The notes under the pieces: generated by a model | Database searches by the model: none | Told to the model about the DNA's origin: nothing | The model's input: the letters and a program-made list of their open reading frames with translations, nothing else | Program-made: the position numbers and the translations under genes | In this document: positions 48,090 through 60,439 of the stretch, piece by piece | How positions within the stretch are numbered: the stretch's first letter is position 1 | How the letters are laid out: every line of letters starts with the position of its first letter | Source: the human T2T-CHM13v2.0 reference genome, Homo sapiens | Length of the DNA stretch: 64,000 bases | Assembly (NCBI RefSeq): GCF_009914755.1 | Contig: NC_060934.1 | Direction: 5' to 3' (one strand)

Positions 48090-48320
48090 GTGTCTTAAAC
48101 TGAAATAAGTTTAGAAACTACAGTTAATTAAAGTTAAAGGGCTTTATTTGTGGAGAAATCTCAGAGCTTTTAATATATTCAGTGTTCTTTGTGAGTCTTT
48201 AAGGAACTAGATGGAGTGTGTAGTTTATTCCAAACTCCTTTGATCAGAGAACTCTCTTTCTGGAGGGCATTTCCAGTATCTGCTGTGCTATAGAACGCAC
48301 TTTGAGAAATGTTGCTCCAA
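48090..48320. mobile_element. hAT-Charlie (MER5C-like) element
   Basis: aaataagtttagaaac...tctcagagcttttaatat...cactttgagaaatgttg. Confidence 0.55.
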
Positions 48321-50369
48321 AATAGTGAAATTTATTCCTCTCCTTCTGTAAACGTACACATCAAAAATTTTGAAAACACCAGAGAAACATGAAAAAGTCT
48401 TTAAACTTTATAGGAATGACTTTAAAATAAAGAAAAACAAATGGAGGTACTCAGCTTGATCATTCTTCCAATCATGTAAATTTGTCTTCAAATGACTCTT
48501 CCAATAATCACTACGACCCTCAGATGACTTATTATTACCAAGGACATTCCAAAGACAGAGTCACAGTCTACAGGGAGTGAGTTACCGAAGAGCAGTTCCC
48601 CAACTTCCTAATTTATGGGCAGCATTGTTGGTACATGTGCAAGGCTTGGAAAGGCTTTGAAGAGGCAACTCTCACTGGGAGATATATATTCAGTGATGCT
48701 AAAATCCCAAGCAGTCTCACCAAAAGGAATACATAAAAATGCTAACAGTGTCAATCATTAGGTGGTAAGATTGTGAATTATTGTTATTTTTTCTTTTAAT
48801 TTATCCATACTTTTAAAAATGTCAACAGTGATTGTGTATTATTTATGAAATAAGAAAAATGTTTTTAAAAAGGAATCTTATAATCATTTAAAAGGGAAAA
48901 TCCATTTTAAAAATGGAGGAATCTGAAGCTTGGAGAAAAATGAATTTTCCAAGGTCACATAGTCTGTCGGAGGTAAACTGGATTCTTGAACTCCTGACCA
49001 GGGCCCTCCTCAGAATACTCCACATTACTTCACAGTCACAGAGGAATAGCCCCTGCCAGGGCTGTTCCTTCTCAGGAAGGGAGTTGTCAAAAGAGGAGAA
49101 ACATGCATCTTCTGGGTGGGTGAGCCCTTTCCCTCTTCGAACCATAGGAAGGCTGTGCTGACACTTGGACAGATTCTCCTGCTTGTGGTACAGGTTTTGC
49201 TACTATTTTTCTGGCTAGGAAATTGTCATGAAAGGAGGGAGAAGGACTTACCTTAGGAGTATGGGAGAGTTAAGTTTCCCTCAAGACACCATCCTATAAT
49301 AAATGGAGCATTGTGGCTGCTATTTTTTTCCCAGGCTGCTTATTGCTGTTGAGTTCCCCTCTGCTCCCACAGAAGACAAGGAGAAGGAATGTCACAGGGG
49401 CTTGAGTATCCCTCTAGGGAAGAGTGGCTGGAACACCTAATGTGAAAGTTTGGGGAATCTTTGGCTGCTGAGGTTTGGAGATTGGGAGGTCTGTGGTGAT
49501 TCTGGAACTAATTTTACAAAATAGACAATGAAGTAATTGATTGATTCACTGTTTTCCATTAAGATTGTGTTTTTGTGGTTTTTCTTGTGGAAATAAGAGC
49601 TCAGAGGGATGATGATATAACATTGGAGAAAGGATGTTGGAACCTCACCCACCTGTGTTTGCCTTCCCATGCAACTGGAGCAGTGGAAGTTAGAAAGTAG
49701 GGTATGAAAAACGACTGGAAGCAGAGATCCTCTCCCACAGAGGGGTAGAATTGGAAGACGCACTCAGAAAGCCTTACGGCCAACCTCCTCAGTTTTCATA
49801 CAGGCAAACTAAATATTACAGATGGGAAAATGGTAAGTATTTAAATATTTATTGAGCATCTAGTATATGCCAAACACTGTGTTAAGCATTGAAGGTACAA
49901 GAGAAAACAACATAGATGAGTCTCTGCCTTCTGCAATGTAGAGGTCCTGAGAGGTGAAATGACAAAACAAACTCACAACAAGAATCTAGATCTCTTAGGT
50001 CTGAATTGGTGATCTTTCTTAAATTTTCCATCTAGAATACTTCAAGCACCTAGGAATTTCTATATGACTTTGGGCAACTCACTAAACATCTGTAGGCTTC
50101 AGTTTTATGAACATAAAAAAAGAAATTTGTACATTTACTCACTCATTCATTTACTAAAAATTTACTGATAACCATCTGTATTCCAGGCATAAAGCTCACC
50201 AATCTCATAAAACAGGAGCTTTTTTGCTGAGAGTAAACATCCATCTGTCAATAATTCTCTCCAAACAGTAACCAATAGGTAGCTGGAAATTCCAGAGTTA
50301 GCTGTAGTTTATTTTTTTGCCATTCAGAGTTGGCTTACTCCCTCAAGTGCCTTGAATCCGCACTTGGAG

Positions 50370-50530
50370 TTCTCCCTTCCTCCCTCACTTGCCTGCATTC
50401 TTCCTTTCCCTCCCTCCCTCCCTCCCTTCCCTCCCTCCCTCCTTCCCTCCCTCCCTTCCTTCCTTCCTAACTTCCTTCCTTCCTTCTTTCCTTCCTTTTT
50501 TCCCTCTCTCTGTCTTCTTTCTTTCTATCC
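50370..50530. repeat. (CCCT)n/(CCTT)n polypyrimidine tract
   Basis: Seen directly. Confidence 0.9.
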
Positions 50531-51121
50531 ACCCATCTTCTTTTCATTTGAAGTGTAAACCCTAACACTAGGGAATTTATTTACAAGAAGAGATTTAAAA
50601 GTCATAAAGCTATACACTTGGATTGGTACGGTTAGTATACTCTTGCTTTGTAGCTGCTCCACATTGAAACTTTTATTTATTATTCCTAAATGTGTACTTT
50701 TCCTAAGTCTCAAACTTTTATTTAACATAGGAAATGTCAATACTGGATTACATTCACTGCTGTATCAGGAAAACATGTTACTGGCATGAATCCCAAAGGG
50801 GGCAAGGGTGAGAGGAAGAAAAAGGAAAAATGCAAAATGACATGACTGATTCTTGACATGTCCAGATAAAAAGGAAGAAAAAAGTACTAGTCCTTATCAG
50901 AGCAAATAGTGTTATCTCCCAAAGTACACAAGAATTTCCAATATTAACCAACCTGTACCCTTTAGAAGACATTTTCTCATAGCTGAAGAATCACATTCAT
51001 GTTGGCAGTTGATTTACAAGGGCAGGAATGTGGTTTCTTGGACCATTGCCTCATTAGAATGGAGAAAGTGTAGAAATAAATGGTGCTCATCTGTTTGTTT
51101 TTTCAGTTCACTTGCATATAA

Positions 51122-51260
51122 TTTTTTTTTTTTTTTTTTTTTAGTAGAGACGAGGTTTCACCACGTTGGTCAGGATGGTCTCAATCTCTTGACCTCATGA
51201 TCCACCCGCCTCGGCCTCCCAAAGTGCTGGGATTACAGGCATGAGCCACCACGCCCGGCC
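51122..51260 (-). mobile_element. Solitary AluSc-type left monomer with poly(A) and TSD
   Basis: TSD cacttgcatataa (51109-51121) / cacttgtatataa (51261-51273). Confidence 0.88.
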
Positions 51261-51528
51261 CACTTGTATATAATTTTTTTCCTATCAAATTTGAGGAGAT
51301 TAATGGCAGTAGTTTCTTGAAATTAGCAAAAGTTTATGGGCATACTGTGAGACACTGCATAGCAGTGCTTTCAAGGTTCTGTTTCAATAAGTGAACAAGG
51401 GGAATGTGCATGTTCTTTTTGAAGACTATTGTTGTATCAGCTCAAAGACTGACCATCTCATTGATACAGCCCTCCTGTTAAGCTGGGAGCTCTCTGCCAT
51501 AGACACTGTGCATCCATTCCTGGCTAGT

Positions 51529-51558
51529 TGTGTGTGTGTGTGTGTGTGTGCGCGTGCA
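51529..51558. repeat. (TG)n/CG alternating purine-pyrimidine microsatellite
   Basis: Seen directly. Confidence 0.9.
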
Positions 51559-52364
51559 AATACAGATGGTGAATCTATGGGCTAATTTATGAAAAAGGCA
51601 GGTCCAGGCTGGAGAACAAAGCTCACTTTTGGTATTGGCAGGATCTTGATTCTGCCATAACTTGGTTTTTCTCATGCTGGAAGCACTCCCTGGGAAACTA
51701 AATATGTATTGTTTCAGCTATTTTCCTACGGGTGGGGAAAAATGACAATTCTTTTAAATCCATTCTTCTCCAGAGCAGGAGGAGCACAACCAGGCTGTAG
51801 GCTGGGAAGAAAACTATTCTCCAGAAAATTCTACGTGGTACTTTATCTGTGTTTTTATTTATTTGTCTTATTGTCTGTATTTCCATTTACTCATGTATAA
51901 AACTGTACAGTGGTATTTCATATATTCAGTTCTTCGTGGAGTGCCACAGATAAGTACTTAATATCTCTTACCCACAAGTACTGTTACTCTACTACTACTA
52001 GGGCTACCACTGCTTCCAGGCTTCCTACAATTACTTCTCGGAGTCACTTCAGTATTGTATTTGGACACTCAACAGCTATAATACTATTTTGAGCTCCACA
52101 AACTTAACGGTGTTTTTAGAATTCTGAAACATCAAAATGTCCTCTGAAGGGTACAGGTTGGTTAATATTAGAAATTCTGATGTGTTTTGGGAGATAACAC
52201 TATTTTCTGTTTCTTCACATAACAGAAAACTCAACTCAAATTGGCTTAAAAAACTAAACAGAACAACTTAGAGTTTCACTGCTGGTAATATATGAGCTAA
52301 GATAACCTGAAATCTTACCAATATAAACAAATAGAAATGCTGGATGAATTATTTCCAGAAGATT

Positions 52365-53595
52365 TTAAACTATGAATTCAATTTATTTAATTTTTTGTAT
52401 TATTCTATTATTCAGATAATCTGTTTCATTATGGGTGAGTTTTGGCATTTTTGGTTTTCAAGGCATTTGTCCATTTTTTCTTTCTAGGTTGTCAAATTTT
52501 TGTGTGCGGAGTTGCTTGTATAAGTTCTTTGTTTTTTTAATGTATGCTGGGGTCTAGGTGATATTTTCTTTTTAATTCCTGATATCAGTAGTGTATGTCT
52601 TCTTTCTTTGTCAATTTTGATACAATTTTAATTTTATTAATTTTTTAACAGAACAAGATTTTGGTTGTATTGACTTTCTCTTTTTCTGTTTTCAATTTTA
52701 TTGATTTCTGCATTATTATGTTTTCCCTTCTGCTTGCATTGGGTTTATTTTGCTCTTCTTTTTGGGTTTCTCAAGGTGCTTTCTGTTAGCATTTGATGCT
52801 ATAAATTCCCCGCTAGGCACTGCTTTGTCATCTGGCAAATTTTGGTATGTTTTACTTTCATTTAGTTCCAAATATTTTCTAATTTCCCTTGAGACTTCTT
52901 TAATGCATGGATTATTTAGAAGTGTGTTGTCAAGTTTTTGAGATTTCCTGTTATCTTTCTATCATCAGTTTCTAGTTTAATTCTAGTATAGTCAGAGAAT
53001 AAACCTTGTATCATTTCAATTCTTTTAAATGTGTTAAACTTTATTTTATAACTCAGGATACTGTCTATCTTGGTGAATGTTCCATGTGCACTTGAAAAAA
53101 ATATATATTCTGCTATTGGTCCTGGAATGTTCTAAAAATTTCAATTAGATCCAGTCAGTTGATAGTGTTTTACAGTTTATTAATATCCTTGCTGATTTTT
53201 TATTAGTTCTATCAATTACTGAGAAGGGAGAGTTGAAGCCTTTTATTATAATGAGGGATTTGTCTGCTTCTACTTTTAGTTTCATGCAACTTGAAGTTCT
53301 ATTGTAAGGAGCAAACATACTTCGGATTTATTGTATCTTCTTGGTGAAATAACCCTTTTATCATTATATAATGTCCCTCTTTATCCTTGGTAAATTATTT
53401 TGCTCTTCATTCTTCTTTCTCTGATATTAATACAGCCGCTCTAGCTTTCTTTTGTTAAAGATTTACATTGAATATGTTTTCGTATCCTTTATTTTTAACC
53501 TACCTATATCATTATGCTTGAAGTAAGTTTCTTAGAGACAGCATATAGTTGGGTCATGTTTTTCAATCCACTCTGAGAATATCCATCTTTTAGTT
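52365..53595 (-). mobile_element. Old L1M ORF2 fragment (continues ~53840-54600 and 55100-56080)
   Basis: Track ORF 53532-53795 ends WIEKHDPTICCL (ORF2 endonuclease-like). Confidence 0.75.
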
Positions 53596-53596
53596 A

Positions 53597-53838
53597 GTGT
53601 TTCAATGCAGAATAATTTTGACATCTCCTCCAACCCATAATTGTGACAACCAAAAATGTCTTCAGATATTGCCAAATATATGTCCCTCTTTCCTTCCTTC
53701 TTACCTCCCTTCATCTTTCTTTCTCTTTTCTTCCTTTCCTTTCCTTTCCTTCTCTCTTTTATCAAATGCCTCTTTAGTGAAATTTCTTTTGTCAAATGCC
53801 TCTTGAGTGAAATTGCTCCAGGTTGAGAACCATTGCCC
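53597..53838. mobile_element. MER20 (hAT-Charlie) with internal pyrimidine tract
   Basis: gtgacaaccaaaaatgtcttcagatattgccaaat...aaattgctccaggttgagaaccattg. Confidence 0.75.
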
Positions 53839-54023
53839 TAGCGATTTCAACATGCATCCTTAACTAGTTACAGTCTACCTTAACTAGTAATCTAATTCTA
53901 CATAGAATGTAAGAATCTTATAACTTGACTCCATTTGCCCCTTTCTCTTACCTTTTGTGCTATTGTCACATATTTTACACTATGTTACATGTTCTAAGCT
54001 CCAAAAGATGCTATTGTTGTTGC

Positions 54024-54318
54024 TTTATTTGTTTATTTGTAGTTTCGAGACAGAGTCTTGCTGTGTTGCCCAGGCTGGAGTACAGTGGCTCAATCACAGC
54101 TCATTGCAGCCTTGACCTCCTGCCTCCTCAGCCTCCTCAGCCTCTCAAGTACCTGGGACTACAGGTACACTCCACCATGCCTGGCTAATTTTTTAGTATC
54201 TTTCCTAGAGACAGGGATTCATCATGTTGCTTAGGCTGCAATCAAACTCTGGGCTCAAACGAACCTACCTTCTCAGCCTCCCAAAGTTCTGGGATTACAG
54301 TCATGAGCCACTGTGCCT
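54024..54318 (-). mobile_element. AluJ
   Basis: Diverged reverse dimer. Confidence 0.9.
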
Positions 54319-54607
54319 TGTTGCTTTAAATAGTTAGTATTCTTTTATATTTATTCACTGATTTATAGTCTTTTCGGTGTTTTTCATTTCCTTCTAATTT
54401 TCTGTGTTTCTAGCTCAGAAAATTTCCCTTCTGCTGGTAGAACTCCCTTTAGTACTTACTTCAATGCTGTGCAGCTAGCAACAAATTCTATTTTAATTTG
54501 AAGGAAATATTCTTACTGGTGTATAATTCTAGGTTGAGAGGTCTTGTTTGCCTTTTTGTTTTTTCATTTTAAAAATATCATGACATCGTCTCCTGATTTC
54601 CACAGTG

Positions 54608-55070
54608 TGTCATTTTGGGTTCCATGAGAAGCAGACACCAAGATAGGATTAAAAATATAAGAAATTTGTTCGGGGGAAATGCCTGTAAAGGATAAAAAAA
54701 GAAGGAGAGGAGTAGGCAGGGAGAACCTTCAGACACCAAGACAGGTCCAGCACCTGTGAAAGAAGACAGGTGAGGAAGGATTAGGCCAGAAGAGCCTCAG
54801 ACTATCGACGGGTCTGTTAAATTCATGGCCAGGTCAGTAGAGATCTCCTGAGCCAAATTGCCTGTTAAAGAAATTCTGCATCTACCAATATAGCCTGATT
54901 TTCATACCCCCATTGAGCTAATTCATTGACTGGAAGCAGCCCAGGGGAAGTATGATTTGATATGAAAGTTTTAGTGGATCTAACAGTGCAGCAGCTGTCA
55001 ATAAGATGAGCGCCCCACAGCATGATCTCTTGAAGGGAGATCTGAGGGGTGCAATTCCGTGGCTGCCACA
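54608..55070 (-). mobile_element. LTR16-like (ERVL) solo LTR
   Basis: gggttccatgagaagcagacacc...gaagggagatctgagg...tggctgccaca; TSD CAGTG 54603-54607 / 55071-55075. Confidence 0.75.
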
Positions 55071-56082
55071 CAGTGTTTTTTTTTGTTTTTTGTTTTGTTT
55101 TGTTTTGTTTGAAGTTAGCTGTCAGTCTTATTGTAGTTCCCCTGAAGACTTGGGCTTTCCCCAGCTCTGGTTGCTTTAGAACTTGTCATTCTTTTTCAAC
55201 AATTTCTACAATGTGTCCAGGTATGGTGGGTTTGTTGGTGTTACTGTTGGCATTGTACTTATTCTGCTTAGGGACTCTTGAACTTCTGGAATTGGTGGGT
55301 TTATATCTTCCATTACTATTAGAAATTTCTCAGTTGTGTGTTTTCAAATATTGCTTCTGCTCCATTCTCTCTCCTTTCTCTCCTTTGAGACTCTATTACA
55401 CTTTATTAAACTGTTGGAGTATGTTCCACATTTGGACATACTCTTTCTTTCCAGTTTGGTTTTTCTCTGTGATCCAATTTGAATAGTTTCTATTGATCCG
55501 TCTTTAAATTAACTAATCCTATCATCTATATCCAGTTTGCTTTTAAACCTACCTAATTAGTTCTCAAATCCAAACATTATACTTTTCAGTTCTAAAATAC
55601 CCATTTAAAAATTTGATAGAGCCCAATTATCTGTTAAAATATAATTTTCACTTTTTTTTAACATGCTTTTTGAAACTTTTTTTTAACATGCCATGGTTAT
55701 TTTATTGTGCTTTTTCTCATCTCAATTCTCTTTGGGCTTGTATTTATTTTATTTTTTGATTATTATTACCTATCCTGATTGTTTTAATGTGCAGTAAATT
55801 TTGATTGCATGCTGGGCATTGGTATAAAATAACTGTAGACTTCTGATGGTATCTTCCACCAGAGAGGTATCTTTTTTTTTTCTTTTTTGTTAGGACCAGG
55901 AGCTAATTACCTCATTTCAATGGGAACTGAGTTGAAGTAGGGCTGCATTTACAATTTTAGCAAGATTCTGTCCACCCCTGGTTTATCCCTGCTTTTTAGA
56001 TATAGTCTTTCCAAGCTTTTGATTGAGAGCCTGGAGTGTCTATTTCTTCTCAGCTTTAAGAAAATTTTTTCCTTTTTTAGTC

Positions 56083-56344
56083 TTTTTGAGACAGAGCCTT
56101 GCTCTGTCGCCCAGGCTGGAGTGCAGAGGTGCGATCTTGGCTCACTGTAACCTCCGCCTCCTGAGTTCAAGTGATTCTCATTCCTCAGCCACCTGAGTGA
56201 CTGGGATTACAGGTGGCTAATCTTTGTATTTTTAGTAGAGATGGGGTTTTGCCATGACTGGTCTTTAACTCCTGGGCTCTAGTGATACACCCACTTTGGC
56301 CTCTGCAAGTGCTGGGATTACAGGCATGAGTCACTGTGCCCAGC
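56083..56344 (-). mobile_element. Alu (J/S) with small internal deletions
   Basis: Reverse dimer. Confidence 0.9.
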
Positions 56345-56625
56345 GTCCTTCTGTACCTAGACATCATGTGGTCCTCTATAGCTCTTTTATAACTTTAACA
56401 TGTTTCTTTCAATGTATTAATTTGTTACTAGTTGCTGCAGCAAGACCTTTGACCTGCTTTGACCTACTACATTCTACCTAGGAGCAGAAGTATATATAAT
56501 CTGTTATTCTTACTAATAATATGGCAACAAATAGTCTTAAATATGCTTTATTTCATACAAATGCAAGTAAGGCTGTAGAAGAAATTCCTAGATCAAAAAG
56601 TATATGCATTTGTAATTTTGGCAGG

Positions 56626-57027
56626 TATGATAGTTAATACTGAGGGTCAACTTGATTGGATTGAAGGATACAAAGTATTGATCCTGGGTGTGTCTGTGAG
56701 GGTGTTGCCAAAGGAGATTTAATATTTGAGTCACTGGGCTGGGAAAGGGAGACCCACCCTTAATCTGGTGGGCACCATCTAATCAGCTGCCAGCGAATAT
56801 AAAGCAGGAAGAAAAACGTGAAGAGGTGAGACTGGTCTAGCCTCCCAGCCTACATCTTTCTCCCGTGATGGATGCTTCCTTCCCTGGAACACTGGACTCC
56901 AAGTTCTTTAGTTTGAGACTAGGACTGGCTCTCCTTGCTCTGTAAACTTGCCAACAGCCTATTGTGTGACATGATTGTATAAGTTAATACTTAATAAACT
57001 CCCATATTTATATATGCCTACCATTTG

Positions 57028-57074
<47 letters not shown>

Positions 57075-57118
57075 GGGACCTTGTGATTGTGTAAGTTAAT
57101 ACTTAATAAACTCCTATA

Positions 57119-57172
<54 letters not shown>

Positions 57173-57235
57173 TACCGTTTGCTCTTATATATACATCCTA
57201 TTAGTTCTGTCCCTCTGGAGACCGTGACTAATACA
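56626..57235 (+). mobile_element. MLT2A2-like (HERVL) solo LTR with internal duplication and (TA)n arrays
   Basis: gttaatactgagggtcaacttgattggattgaaggatacaaagtattgatcctggg...gactaataca; TSD gcagg/gtagg. Confidence 0.9.
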
Positions 57236-57459
57236 GTAGGTGTCACCAAAACTCTCTCCTTAGAGATTATAGCAATGTATATTTCCACCAGGAATATATA
57301 ACAATGCCTATTTTAACAGCAGCTTTACAAATACTGTGTGTTAACTTTTGAATGTTTGTGAGTTCAGGAGTAACATTATCAGAACTTTGCATTAAGAAGG
57401 TTAATGTAGTCATAATATGTTAGGTGGATTAGAAAAGACCAAGGACAAAAGTCACTTAC

Positions 57460-57488
57460 CTCATAGTTTTGTCTCTGTTTCTAGTGAC
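57460..57488 (-). other. Candidate 29-nt micro-exon
   Basis: gctttcactttttag|GTCACTAGAAACAGAGACAAAACTATGAG|gtaagt on minus. Confidence 0.4.
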
Positions 57489-58429
57489 CTAAAAAGTGAA
57501 AGCAACTGTATTCGTGCTTGAAAACATTTCCCGAATTTTCTAATCAGGTCTCTTTTTAGCCGGAAAGTTGATGGCTCAAAGTTCTTCCACAGGTTCAGTA
57601 CAGATGTTAGCAGATTTTAGTGGCTGCAGTGTAGTACATCTGTTTGTCACACCAAGCTCAGCATCTGTGTCAGGAACAGCCAGTTTTGTGATTCAAGAAT
57701 AGAAGAGACAGAGATGGCTGTGGTTTCCCCTTAGGGCTCTAGCAGAGGAGACACTTTGGGGACAGTAAAGAACATGAGATGATGTTTCTGTTAAGAAGAA
57801 ATCTGTTCCTGCTTCATTCTTGGTCAAAACAGCCGTAAGCCTGATAAAACAATATTGCATGCTAGTTTCAGGAATGTAACTCAGCCATTTCAGTGTTTCC
57901 TTTCCGGGTCCCTGTGGATTTCTAACCCTCACTTTAACAGTAAGGCTATATTATCCTCATTTTCTCCTGCCATCTCTCGGCTGTTTTTCTTTCTCCTGGG
58001 TTCAGTGAGTCATTTCCTCAAGTCCTCCCTGGTTTGGCTTCAAAAATTTAGGATAATCATCAAGAGCTGTCCTCTTCTCCCCTTCAGGCTTGAATTCCTC
58101 TTAGTGTTAAAGGCCTTTCACATTTCAGCGTCTGAGGTGGGTGGGCGTGAGTTAAGATCCTTTCTTAAATCTTAGCGTGTATGCTGGAGAAAGCCTAACA
58201 GATCACGAGAAAGAGGTAACAAAATGAACGTTCCAAGGAAACTGGGAGGATGTGGGGGAAGGTGCAGATTCATGCTTCATTCAAGTTGCTGATAATGAAT
58301 GCATTACCAAAGTATTACACTACCAAGAGCTTCCTTTGTAATAACATGAAAAAGTCAATGCTTTGTGATAAACTTCATGTAACTTTATTTTTCTTCCTTA
58401 CTAGTTGCATTTTTTTAGCTGGTATAGTT

Positions 58430-58660
58430 GTTAAGCACTTGACTCCTGATGTCAGATGGATCAAGGGTCAAAATCCTGCCACTACCACCTTCTAGCTATG
58501 TGACCACCCCCTGGCAGTTGTTTGACGGGCAGGTATTTTTGTCTTCTTATCTAACAATATGGGCAAGCACAATAGCATCCTCCTCATAGGACAGTAGAAC
58601 AATTATATGAGGAAATCCACATAGGAAGTGCTTAATAGATTGTAGTTATTACTATTATCA
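58430..58660. mobile_element. MIR
   Basis: gggtcaaaatcctgccact...tagctatgtgacc...cctcatagga. Confidence 0.6.
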
Positions 58661-58747
58661 TTCCTATGGGAATTTAAATTGATGCCTACCATTTGCTTTT
58701 ATGTTCTTCTGGGATGTTCATGTGGTAATAAATGACTAAGTCTAGAT

Positions 58748-58956
58748 CAGGTCTTGACAAACTACAAATCTGGCCCATGCCCCGTTTTTGTAAATAAAGT
58801 TTTATGGGCACACAGCCACACCCATTTGTCTATATATTATCTATGGCTGCTTTTGCTCTACAACGTCAGTGTTGAGTAGTTGTAATAGACCATATGGCCC
58901 TGAAGGCCAAAAATATGGACTAGATGGCTCTTTATAGAAAAGTTTACCAACTCCTT
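58748..58956. mobile_element. MER58A hAT-Charlie element
   Basis: tttttgtaaataaagttttatgggcacacagccacacccatttg...ctttatagaaaagtttaccaactcc. Confidence 0.85.
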
Positions 58957-59973
58957 GTTTGGAAAATCATACTTTTAAATTTTTCAATTAAAAAAGAAGT
59001 CATGGACATATTGTAATTCTGTGCCTCAGTTTCTCTAACTGAAAAAGGCATATATTATGCATATATTAGATGGCTCCTAAATAGGATCCATCTAGAATTG
59101 TTCGTCTATCATTTTTACGCATGGAGCCCAGGAATTTTTAATACATTTGGGCTTTCTGGTGGGTTCTTCCAAATGCTTTAATGAGAAAGAAAAAGCAGAA
59201 AGCAACCTTTAGTGACTTGAATGCCAAATATGTGAAGCTTTAATGTTTTTCTCTGAAGCCAGGTTCAGGAGATCTTGGTCACTGGGCCACTTCCTGGCTG
59301 ATTTAACCATATTTCTAATTCTTTTTTTTTTTTTTTTTTGTCTTTCAAAAAAAATCATTCTCTTTGTCTCCCTACTACCTCCTCTTCATACCACTTCCTC
59401 TCCAGGTTGGCCCCTGCCTTCTTGCCTTCCTCCAGCCTCCCTCCTTTCTCCAGTGGTTTCTTAGCTCTCCGTCCTTCCCCCAGCCAAATGTGAAGGAGAA
59501 AGTCTGCCAAGTCTCCCAGCCACTGTCAGCCTAGCTGACTGTAATGCTTCCAGCAGAACCTCCAGCTCAGGGCCCTCTGGCAGGGCCTGAACTCCAAGCA
59601 GCAGGAGGGACTAACGAGTTATAAGAAAGGGAAATACCAACAGTAATCTGCATCCTTTGAAGTTGAGGGTTGGGAAGCAGGGAAACTGAGAGATGTTTGA
59701 CAATTTCCCAGGGGGTACCTGGGAAAGAGCCTGAGACTGGGGGTCAGGACTGTCTTTTCCAGCTCTGCCCCAGATTAAGTGCAGAGTCCTTGGGCTAGTC
59801 ATTCATCATCCCTGAGCCTCAGTTTCTCTTTGTAAAATCAAGAAAATAATTTCTGTCCTGATTTTCCTGTAGGGCTTTCGTGATGATCATACATTTGTGA
59901 TCATGTATGTGATTTATTTTTTAAATAAATATTTGATTTATATTTTTCCCATTTCAAAATTACCTCGTGCTTA

Positions 59974-60418
59974 TGTGACAGAGGAACTTTTGTCAGTAGC
60001 ATCTACCATCCTTCACAACAGAACCCCAATTTCCTTTGGGGAGTTAACTTACCACACCACTGCCTATATTTTACTGAGATGGAAAATCCAGCTGCCTGTG
60101 CCTCCTGTGGCCAAAGGTGGGCAGTCTCTTCAGCTCAACCCATGAAAGCTCGCTGCTGAGATTTTGACTTTTGAGCATATGAAATTGGGTGAGTGAAGAG
60201 GTTGGCATTCTTTTATCTTGGCAGGAATATCCCTGCCAGACTGTTCCACTGCAAGACTAGTCCTATCATTCCTGCTTTCCCGCCCCTGAAGCTGAATTGG
60301 TGTCTGCCTATTTCCAAGCCTAGTTCTCCAACTTTTGTGCAATGTTTTTAATAAATTCCCCTTTGTTTAAGTTGGCCAAATTTTTTTGTTGCTTGTAATC
60401 AAAAAACCCCAACTGACA
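59974..60418 (+). mobile_element. Old MLT1-family solo LTR
   Basis: 3' end aataaattcccctttgtttaag...tgttgcttgtaatcaaaa...aactgaca. Confidence 0.6.
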
Positions 60419-60439
60419 CACAAGCCTGATGTAGAGAAC

